DNA from: Patescibacteria group bacterium
Lineage (GTDB): Bacteria > Patescibacteriota > Microgenomatia > UBA1406
NCBI GenBank assembly: GCA_041665145.1
Contig: JBAYJK010000001.1
Coordinates: 99,464 to 163,463 of the forward strand
Length of the DNA: 64,000 nucleotides
Direction of reading: 5' to 3'
Made by a program: the position numbers and the translations under genes. How positions within the stretch are numbered: position 1 is the first letter of the stretch; every line of letters starts with the position of its first letter. Shown piece by piece: positions 57,400 to 64,000 of this stretch. The notes beneath the pieces are model-generated. The model saw nothing but the letters and a program-made list of their open reading frames with translations, had not been told where the DNA came from and did no database searches.

Positions 57400-58578
57400 A
57401 TGTCAACCTCCACTATTGTTTGCCCCCATTGTCACGAACCCATTGAATTAACAGATGCGCTGTCGCACCAAATACGAGAGGGTGTGGTTAAGGAATTTGA
57501 AGACAAACTGAAAGCAAAAGACGTAGAGGTTGAAAAACAGAAGCGTGCCATGTGGGAAAAAGCACAGGTAGAGGCAAAAAAGAAAATAGAAGCAGCACAA
57601 AAAGAACAGATGAAGGAATTGGAAGAAGAATTGGTTGAGAAAACTAAGAAATTGGACGAAGCGCGGAAAGTGGAACTCGAGATCCGTAAACAGCAGCGCC
57701 AACTCGAAGAAGACAGAAAAGATCTTGAATTGCAGGTTGCCCGAAAACTGGATGAAGAACGGAAAAAGGTTACCGAAGATGTTTTGAAAAAATCCCAGGA
57801 GGAACATGCTCTCAAAGACCGGGAAAAAGAAAAAGTAATTCAGGATCTTCAGAAATCTCTTGAAGATGCGCAACGTAAAGCGGCACAAGGTTCGCAGCAA
57901 ACACAAGGCGAAGTTCAGGAACTTGCGCTTGAAGAACTGTTAAAATCCGAGTTTCCATATGACGAAATTTTGGAAGTTGCCAAAGGTGTCCGCGGAGCGG
58001 ACGCAATACAAAAAGTGCGGGACCAGCGGGGCAGGGAATGCGGAACAATCGTATGGGAATCGAAACGGACAAAAGCCTGGACTGATGGGTGGATTCCTAA
58101 ATTAAAAGAAGACCAGCGCGCGTCGCATGCAGATGTCGCGGTTTTAGTGACGGAAGCGTTGCCGAAAGATATTACGAATTTCGGATACAAGAGCAATGTG
58201 TGGATAACCAACTACCCGTCTTTAATCGGTGTGGTTACTGTTTTGCGAACAATGCTCATACAACTCTCGAGCATCAAACAATCACAAACGGGTAAGGATG
58301 AAAAAATGGAAGCGTTGTATAACTACTTAATCGGTACGGAGTTCCGTCAGAAAATAGAAGCCATCGTCGACGGATTCACCACGATGAGAGATGACTTGCA
58401 ACGTGAAAAAGATGCATTCAGAAAGTTGTGGGCAAAACGCGAAAAACAGATCCAACAGGTTCTTGAAAATACCATCGACATGCATGGAAGTCTGCAGGGA
58501 CTGATCGGGAAGTCTTTGCCGGAGATAGGTAGTCTCGAGTTGCCCGCAGCTGAAGATACGCAAGATACTCTGCTTTGA
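57400..58578 (+). CDS. DUF2130-like protein: N-terminal CxxC zinc-ribbon, ~200-aa K/E-rich coiled coil, conserved C-terminal domain
   Basis: CPHCHEPIEL at the N-terminus, a long EEKLK-type heptad region, and the C-terminal block VRGADAIQKV...GTIVWESKRTKAWTDGWIPKLKED...VAVLVTEALP. Confidence 0.45.
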   Translation: MSTSTIVCPHCHEPIELTDALSHQIREGVVKEFEDKLKAKDVEVEKQKRAMWEKAQVEAKKKIEAAQKEQMKELEEELVEKTKKLDEARKVELEIRKQQRQLEEDRKDLELQVARKLDEERKKVTEDVLKKSQEEHALKDREKEKVIQDLQKSLEDAQRKAAQGSQQTQGEVQELALEELLKSEFPYDEILEVAKGVRGADAIQKVRDQRGRECGTIVWESKRTKAWTDGWIPKLKEDQRASHADVAVLVTEALPKDITNFGYKSNVWITNYPSLIGVVTVLRTMLIQLSSIKQSQTGKDEKMEALYNYLIGTEFRQKIEAIVDGFTTMRDDLQREKDAFRKLWAKREKQIQQVLENTIDMHGSLQGLIGKSLPEIGSLELPAAEDTQDTLL

Positions 58579-58608
58579 GAATTTTACTGCTTATATTCCA
58601 AATCTTGC

Positions 58609-58636
58609 TTGACAAATTTCTGTTACCTGGTATCCT
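58609..58636 (+). promoter_or_regulatory. Sigma70-type promoter of the copper operon (TTGACA -16- TGgTATCCT)
   Basis: TTGACA at 58609-58614, TG at 58628-58629, -10 TATCCT at 58631-58636. Confidence 0.5.
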
Positions 58637-58649
58637 GGGGGGGAGGATA
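58631..58649. promoter_or_regulatory. Putative CsoR/RcnR-family operator: TATCCT-GGGGGGG-AGGATA inverted repeat flanking a G7 tract
   Basis: A perfect 6-bp inverted repeat around G7, overlapping the -10 element. It has the same architecture as known RcnR/CsoR sites (AT-rich inverted repeat flanking a G/C tract). Confidence 0.55.
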
Positions 58650-58666
58650 GGAGAGGGGGAGATAGT

Positions 58667-58719
58667 TTTCAATTTTCAATTTACAGTTTTCAATAAATTA
58701 ACAAGTTTCAATTTTCAAT
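58667..58719 (+). repeat. Five copies of TTTCAAT (two tandem pairs) in the csoR 5' leader, last copy abutting the ATG
   Basis: TTTCAAT at 58667, 58674, 58688, 58706 and 58713; there is no Shine-Dalgarno sequence. Confidence 0.6.
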
Positions 58720-58983
58720 ATGAATAACTACCAGGAAAAACTTTTGCATCGGCTCAAAATAATTCGGGGACACCTGGATAAAGTTATCAAGATGGTTGAA
58801 GCGGATGAATATTGTATGGATATTATGCAGCAAACTACGGCCGTCGGGTCCGCATTAAAGGAAGCGGAAAATATGATTTTGGAGAATCACCTGAAAACAT
58901 GCGTAACCGAATCCATCGTCAATCATCGCGGCGTCGAGAAGAAAGTAGACGAAGTAATAAAAGTTTTCAGGGCGAGGAAATAA
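58720..58983 (+). CDS. csoR: CsoR-family copper-sensing transcriptional repressor (DUF156)
   Basis: LKIIRGHLDKVIKMVEADEYCMDIMQQTTAVGSALKEAENMILENHLKTCV: a C...H...C ligand fingerprint (x-C-H-C, Cu(I)-type) in the conserved helix pattern. Confidence 0.8.
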   Translation: MNNYQEKLLHRLKIIRGHLDKVIKMVEADEYCMDIMQQTTAVGSALKEAENMILENHLKTCVTESIVNHRGVEKKVDEVIKVFRARK

Positions 58984-58986
58984 TAT

Positions 58987-59343
58987 ATGGAAAAAATTAT
59001 TGTTACTCTATTCGGGATCATAGGAATTGCTGTAACGTATTGGTTTTTCTTTAAGAAGGAAGAACGGCAAGTTGAAGCGCATGGAACTATTCATATTACG
59101 GTTGATGGTGGTTATGTTCCGCAAGTTATCTCCATAAAAAATAATTCCAAAACAAAAATCATATTTACCAGGAAAGATCCAAACCCGTGCCTTGAAGATG
59201 TTCTTATTCCTGATTTCAAAATTAAACGCGCACTGCCGTTAAAAATACCCGTTTCAGTAACTCTCGAACCTCACAAAATCGGAGAATACCAGTTGTCGTG
59301 CGGCATGCACATGTTCCACGGCAAAATAATTGTCCATGAGTAA
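58987..59343 (+). CDS. Membrane-anchored cupredoxin-like copper-binding protein
   Basis: N-terminal TM; the C-terminal [18 protein letters not shown] matches the Cupredoxin_1 C-x-M-H-M-x-x-G motif of copper-resistance operon proteins. Confidence 0.7.
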   Translation: MEKIIVTLFGIIGIAVTYWFFFKKEERQVEAHGTIHITVDGGYVPQVISIKNNSKTKIIFTRKDPNPCLEDVLIPDFKIKRALPLKIPVSVTLEPHKIGEYQLSCGMHMFHGKIIVHE

Positions 59344-61615
59344 AACAAAACAAGTGATCAAAATCAAGGGTATGCATTGCGCGTCTTGTGTATACACACT
59401 CGAGAAAGCGCTGAAAAATGTAAACGGTGTAGTGAATGCAAATGTTAATCTCGCAACTGAGCAGGCGCATGTTGAGTATGACTCCTCTGTTGCTCGTGAG
59501 CAAGATCTTAGTGATGCGGTGCAGGGGGCGGGGTATCAAACACAAATAGCATTAGAAGATGAAGTGCGCGAAAAGGAACAGGCAAAATCTGAAAAGAAAA
59601 AAGAGCTTAACGCGTTGCGCATTAAAGTTGTAGTCAGTTTAATTTTAGGAGGACTTATTGTATGGGGTAGCTTTCCTGGACTTGTTGCTACGTCACCACT
59701 GTTTTTACGCAACGGGATACTGCAGCTAGTTTTAGCGACTATTATCCAGTTCTGGGCGGGTCTGGATTTTTATCGTGCAACGATTCCTGCACTTAAACAC
59801 AGAACCGCAAATATGGACACCCTTGTTGCGGTGGGAACAAGTGTTGCATACATCTATTCCGTTGTTGTTACTTTTTTCCCGGGAATTGTTGCACAAACAG
59901 GGATAGAAGTAATGTCTTACTTTGACGTCTCGACGGTTGTTATTGCACTTATTCTGCTCGGGCGGTATTTTGAAGCGAAAGCGAAATCGGGAACATCGGA
60001 GGCAATAACTAAGTTGATAGGTCTTCAAGCAAAAACTGCACGTGTTTTGAGAAACGGAAAAGAAATTGATATTCCGCTTTCAGAAGTTGTGGTTGGTGAC
60101 ATTATTCGGGTACGACCGGGGGAAAAAATACCCGTTGATGGAGTTATTACCGAAGGAAGTTCATCTGTTGATGAATCTATGGTTACGGGAGAAAGTATGC
60201 CCACAGATAAAATAAAAGGAAGTCCTGTTATCGGAGCTACCATAAACAAAAATGGATCATTTCTCTATAAAGCAACCAAAATAGGATCTGAAACCGTGCT
60301 ATCTCAAATAATCAAACTTGTGCAGGAAGCACAAGGCAGTAAGGCGCCCATACAACGTTTAGCTGACGTGGTGTCGTCATATTTTGTTCCCATTGTGATT
60401 ATGCTCGCGTTGGCAACATTTGTTGTATGGTTTGACTTTGGCGGACAATCAGCGTTTATTTTTGCCATGCTTAATATGGTCGCGGTTCTGGTGATTGCGT
60501 GTCCGTGTGCAATGGGTCTTGCGACCCCAACGGCAATCATGGTCGGAACCGGAATAGGTGCTGAACATGGCATTCTCATTAAAGATGCGCAGGCACTGGA
60601 AACTGCACATAAAATCAATACGATTGTTTTTGATAAAACAGGAACGCTAACGAACGGAAAGCCGGTAATAACTGATATTATTGAAATTCAAAATCCTGCC
60701 TCGCCGGCAGGCGGGTCAAATGACAAACATCAAATGAAACCCAAAATTCAAAAGGAAGAAATTTTGAGGATAGCTGCGTCGTTGGAGAAGAATTCGGAAC
60801 ATCCGTTGGCAGAAGCTATTGTCAAAGAGTCGGAACATAGAAAAATTACGTTGGAAAAAGTCACCTCTTTCAAAGCTATTCCCGGTCACGGCGTTCAAGG
60901 TGCAATTGGTAAAAAGAACTATGTATTGGGCAAACCGTCTTTCATTAAAAATGCGCACAAAGTATCGGAAATTGAAGAATTGGAACGTGCCGGAAAAACG
61001 GTTATGGTTTTGGCACAGAACGAAACAGTAATTGGTGCGATCGCGGTTGCCGACACCGTGAAAGACACGGCCAAGAATGCAGTTTTAACGCTGCAGAGAA
61101 TGGGAATCGAGGTTCTCATGATTACCGGTGATAATGAAAGAACTGCACAAACGATCGGTAAGGAGATCGGGGTAGACAGGGTGCTTGCGGAAGTGCTTCC
61201 CGGCGAGAAGGAAACCGAAATCCGTAAATTGCAAAAAGACAACAAAGTTGTTGCGATGGTCGGTGACGGAATAAATGATGCTCCGGCACTCGCTGCGGCT
61301 GACGTTGGAATAGCTGTCGGAACTGGAACAGATGTAGCGATCGAAACCGCGGATATTATTCTGGTTAACAAAAACTTATTTACAGTTGTCTCGGCAATTC
61401 AACTTTCCAAGTCTACCATGAGGACCATTAAAACAAATCTCTTTTGGGCTTTCGGCTACAATATTGTTCTTATTCCTGTCGCAATGGGAGTGTTGTATCC
61501 GTTGTTTAACATCTTATTGAGTCCGATTTTTGCTTCAGCTGCTATGGCACTGTCAAGCATTTCAGTGGTTACGAATTCCTTATTATTAAAAAAAATTAAA
61601 CTTCAGAATGCTTAA
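59330..61615 (+). CDS. copA: Copper-translocating P1B-type ATPase
   Basis: N-terminal [18 protein letters not shown], the TM CPC motif ([12 protein letters not shown]), [15 protein letters not shown], and SEHPLA. Confidence 0.95.
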   Translation: MSMSKTKQVIKIKGMHCASCVYTLEKALKNVNGVVNANVNLATEQAHVEYDSSVAREQDLSDAVQGAGYQTQIALEDEVREKEQAKSEKKKELNALRIKVVVSLILGGLIVWGSFPGLVATSPLFLRNGILQLVLATIIQFWAGLDFYRATIPALKHRTANMDTLVAVGTSVAYIYSVVVTFFPGIVAQTGIEVMSYFDVSTVVIALILLGRYFEAKAKSGTSEAITKLIGLQAKTARVLRNGKEIDIPLSEVVVGDIIRVRPGEKIPVDGVITEGSSSVDESMVTGESMPTDKIKGSPVIGATINKNGSFLYKATKIGSETVLSQIIKLVQEAQGSKAPIQRLADVVSSYFVPIVIMLALATFVVWFDFGGQSAFIFAMLNMVAVLVIACPCAMGLATPTAIMVGTGIGAEHGILIKDAQALETAHKINTIVFDKTGTLTNGKPVITDIIEIQNPASPAGGSNDKHQMKPKIQKEEILRIAASLEKNSEHPLAEAIVKESEHRKITLEKVTSFKAIPGHGVQGAIGKKNYVLGKPSFIKNAHKVSEIEELERAGKTVMVLAQNETVIGAIAVADTVKDTAKNAVLTLQRMGIEVLMITGDNERTAQTIGKEIGVDRVLAEVLPGEKETEIRKLQKDNKVVAMVGDGINDAPALAAADVGIAVGTGTDVAIETADIILVNKNLFTVVSAIQLSKSTMRTIKTNLFWAFGYNIVLIPVAMGVLYPLFNILLSPIFASAAMALSSISVVTNSLLLKKIKLQNA

Positions 61616-62966
61616 AAAAACAACGCTACATGTTCAGGGCATGCACTGTCCGTCATGCGAAATTCTTGTTACGGACAAATTTAAAGAAGTCGGTGGGGTG
61701 AAAAACGTGAAAGCAAATTTCAGAAATTGTGAAGCAGAAGTTACGTATTCGGGAGACCTTAATCTTAATAAACTGAACAGAAAAATCGAGAACTTCGGAT
61801 ACAAGGTCGTTCACGGGCCGATTCAAGAAGAGATTCAGGAACCGTTATTAAGTAGATTAATGGATGTATCGATAATTTCATTGGTTTTACTTTTCGTATA
61901 TTTTATCGCTCAGAAGTTAGATCTCATTCCGACAATAGGGGGATCGGCTGGTTTGACAGTAATAACGGCGGTTCTTTTGGGTTTGGTTGCTTCTGTTTCC
62001 ACCTGTATGGCTACTTCAGGAGCGCTGTTTTTGTCTACAATAGGGACGTTAACAACCAACAGTAAAGAGTTGATAGTTGATAGTCGATGGTCAACACACA
62101 AACTCATTCCGGCGATCAGTTTCAGTTTAGGAAGAATTATTTCATACGCGGTTGTCGGCTTTATAGCAGGGTATGTAGGAAACACGCTTACAAACAACCT
62201 GCAACTGGGGGCGCTGTTAACATTAGTCGTCTCGATTTTTATGATTCTGGTCGGTCTTGATATGGCTAAAATAATTTCCCTACAAAAGTATATGGCACAA
62301 ACTTTCTCAAAAGGGATATTCGAGAAATTGTCCGGTAAATTACGAGAAAACCCCCGAAGAACCGCCTTGTTTTTGGGTATGGTGACGGTATTACTGCCGT
62401 GCGGATTTACACAAACAGTTCTGGTTTACAGCATCGGTTTAGCAGACCCCGTACAAAGCATGTTGATGATGGCAGCGTTTGCTGTTGGCACAGTGCCGAC
62501 GCTTATAGTTATCGGGTTTGTGAATTCGTTTACCACATCGAGCTGGTACCCGATTTTGCAAAAAATTATGGGAGTGGTGGTTTTGTTTATCGGTGTCACC
62601 TATGTCATGAATTTCCTCTCATTGGCGGGTGTTTCTTTCCCGAATCTAGCCGTGCCATCTGCCAGACAACAGGAAGTGACAAATGAACCCGTGGTGAAAA
62701 ACGGCGTTCAGGAAATTGTCATGACGGTAGACGGACGCGGTTACTCACCGAGTTTTTTCAAAGTCAAGAAGGGAGTTCCTGTCCGATGGATAATTAAGGG
62801 AGAAAATGTTTACGGTTGTCAGGGATATTTAGTTGCTCCGAGAATGAATGTGCAGCAGGCGCTGAAACCGGGAGATAATGTTATCGAATTTACTCCAACG
62901 GAAAATGGAACATTACCTTTTTCGTGCGGTATGGGAATGTATCGCGGACAATTTCAGGTCGAGTAA
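61608..62966 (+). CDS. Tri-domain protein: N-terminal HMA (CxxC) domain + polytopic Cys-containing membrane domain (DsbD/CcdA- or TauE-like) + C-terminal cupredoxin-like domain
   Basis: [14 protein letters not shown] (HMA); 8-10 TM helices with intramembrane Cys ([18 protein letters not shown]); C-terminal [13 protein letters not shown] (Cupredoxin_1-like). The start overlaps the copA stop. Confidence 0.6.
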   Translation: MLKKTTLHVQGMHCPSCEILVTDKFKEVGGVKNVKANFRNCEAEVTYSGDLNLNKLNRKIENFGYKVVHGPIQEEIQEPLLSRLMDVSIISLVLLFVYFIAQKLDLIPTIGGSAGLTVITAVLLGLVASVSTCMATSGALFLSTIGTLTTNSKELIVDSRWSTHKLIPAISFSLGRIISYAVVGFIAGYVGNTLTNNLQLGALLTLVVSIFMILVGLDMAKIISLQKYMAQTFSKGIFEKLSGKLRENPRRTALFLGMVTVLLPCGFTQTVLVYSIGLADPVQSMLMMAAFAVGTVPTLIVIGFVNSFTTSSWYPILQKIMGVVVLFIGVTYVMNFLSLAGVSFPNLAVPSARQQEVTNEPVVKNGVQEIVMTVDGRGYSPSFFKVKKGVPVRWIIKGENVYGCQGYLVAPRMNVQQALKPGDNVIEFTPTENGTLPFSCGMGMYRGQFQVE

Positions 62967-62982
62967 GCACGTGTCGTAAATT

Positions 62983-63831
62983 GTGCTATTATTTTTGATA
63001 ATGGATATTTCGGTTACCAAAGCAAACGGGCTCACTGAAGCATACAAAACGGAAAAGGTGCGAGCATCAATGACCCGCGCCGGTGTTCCCGAAGAATTTC
63101 AACCCCGATTGTTGTCAAAAATAGAAGGAGAACTGTACGACAAAATTTCCACGGCAAAAATTCTGGATATCATTATCGGCAGTCTGAAACAGATATACCC
63201 CCAAGGTCAGACGCGGTACCAACTGAAACGCGCAATTATGGAAATGGGACCAAGCGGGTTTCCGTTCGAGAAATTTGTCGCCCGTCTTCTGCACGAGTAT
63301 GGTTATTCGGTTACCACAGACGTTGTTTTGTGGGGAGAATGTGTCAGTCATGAAGTAGATGTGCTGGCAACAAAAGACATTCGGGAGTATTTTGTCGAAT
63401 GTAAATATCACAATCAACCGGGAAGCAGATCAGATGTTAAAACAGCCCTTTATGTGAAATCTCGCGGTGATGACTTGGCAGCGAAGATGAGACAGGACCC
63501 GAAAAATGCTGGGACACAATACGGTCCGTGGGTATTCACGAACACCAAATTTTCTTCTGATGCCATCACGTACGCCGAATGCAAGAACATCCGTCTGACG
63601 GGATGGAGTTATCCGCAGAAGGGTAATCTGCAGGAGATGGTTGAAACTAAACATTTGTATCCGATAACCTGCCTTACCTCTCTGACGCATGACGAAAAAA
63701 TGAAACTTTTGGACAGAAATATCGTTCTCATTAGCGAGTTGTACAAAGACACGGCACTTATCGACAGTTTTAATTTAACAGAAGAGCAACGCGATGCTTT
63801 GGAATACGAACACAAGTATTTATCCGACTAG
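62983..63831 (+). CDS. ATP-cone domain fused to Mrr-cat-like PD-(D/E)XK restriction-endonuclease-fold domain
   Basis: An N-terminal ATP-cone-like segment of about 90 aa (VTKANGLTEAYKTEKVRASM...KILDIIIGSL), followed by FEKFVARLLHEYGY...HEVDVLAT...YFVECKYH (D ... E-C-K nuclease motif). Confidence 0.55.
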   Translation: MLLFLIMDISVTKANGLTEAYKTEKVRASMTRAGVPEEFQPRLLSKIEGELYDKISTAKILDIIIGSLKQIYPQGQTRYQLKRAIMEMGPSGFPFEKFVARLLHEYGYSVTTDVVLWGECVSHEVDVLATKDIREYFVECKYHNQPGSRSDVKTALYVKSRGDDLAAKMRQDPKNAGTQYGPWVFTNTKFSSDAITYAECKNIRLTGWSYPQKGNLQEMVETKHLYPITCLTSLTHDEKMKLLDRNIVLISELYKDTALIDSFNLTEEQRDALEYEHKYLSD

Positions 63832-64000
63832 AATAAGCTAATTAACCCCCGCTTTTTTGCTACCTCGAACGACCGTTTCATGTAGATAATGACGAGAAAA
63901 AGATAAAAAAAGTTCAATCCGAAACTGATCAACAGGTCGGATATCTGAACCTGACCGGTACGAACAAACTGTCGTGTACTTTCAAAAATGTAGCTTGGCG
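63830..64000 (-). CDS. Partial CDS (C-terminal ~56 aa of a hydrophobic protein; 5' end outside window)
   Basis: The minus-strand frame is open from the window edge down to a stop at 63830-63832, which overlaps the convergent stop of the upstream gene; it carries no start codon within the window. Confidence 0.3.

Noticed and set aside
57432-57906. Two minus-strand ORFs (127 and 152 aa) inside the DUF2130-like gene
   Set aside because: They are the antisense of a K/E-rich coiled-coil coding region, which gives F/L/S-rich artefactual ORFs.
60919-61371. 150-aa minus-strand ORF inside copA
   Set aside because: It is antisense to a strongly supported P-type ATPase gene.
1-64000. CRISPR arrays, transposases, integrases, prophage structural genes
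   Set aside because: No repeat-spacer periodicity and no DDE or tyrosine recombinase motifs were found in any translated ORF; the only mobile-element hint is the partial tRNA-Lys copy.

Overview
This is a low-GC, tightly packed bacterial window in which most genes lack an obvious Shine-Dalgarno sequence. The gene content and style suggest a Candidate Phyla Radiation / Patescibacteria-like genome, which is an inference. I call about 60 protein genes, 3 tRNA genes (Lys-UUU, Pro-GGG, and an atypical initiator-like Met-CAT), and a degenerate partial tRNA-Lys copy.

Main blocks:
- 1-6.1 kb: housekeeping genes: the 5'-truncated PBP transpeptidase, SufS, a ferredoxin-like protein, Lon behind a near-consensus sigma70 promoter, and DedA.
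- 6.2-8.1 kb: a polytopic GT-C-like membrane protein, then tRNA-Lys with an adjacent degenerate partial copy.
- 9.4-14.3 kb: a DNA-end processing module: RmuC, a UvrD-like helicase fused to an Fe-S PD-(D/E)XK nuclease, and a standalone 5'-3' flap exonuclease.
- 15-41.7 kb: a very large envelope glycosylation island. It holds about 10 polytopic GT-C-fold membrane proteins (ArnT/PMT-like and a 'YDQGRD' paralog family), four polyprenyl-phosphate sugar synthases (Dpm1/GtrB-like GT2), four cytoplasmic GT2/GT4 enzymes, a Wzx-like flippase, the UDP-xylose pathway (ugd-uxs) and dTDP-deoxyhexose genes (rmlA-rmlB-rmlD, with no rmlC in the window).
- 41.8-44 kb: secreted CAP-domain and lamin-tail-domain proteins.
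- 44-50 kb: the cell-division cluster EnvC-like M23 peptidase, FtsX, FtsE, then prfB and a LytR_C-domain protein.
- 50-58.6 kb: mixed repair and hydrolase genes: cyclophilin, an HhH-GPD glycosylase, a beta-lactamase-like hydrolase, an alpha/beta hydrolase, Nudix, CutA, a GH130-like propeller, a DUF2130-like zinc-ribbon/coiled-coil protein, and tRNA-Pro.
- 58.6-63.8 kb: a copper-resistance operon csoR-cupredoxin-copA plus an HMA/membrane/cupredoxin tri-domain protein. Its promoter overlaps a TATCCT-G7-AGGATA operator and is followed by five TTTCAAT repeats. Downstream sits an ATP-cone::Mrr-like nuclease fusion.

No CRISPR array, transposase or integrase was seen. All family assignments rest on motifs read directly from the translations; no database search was possible.
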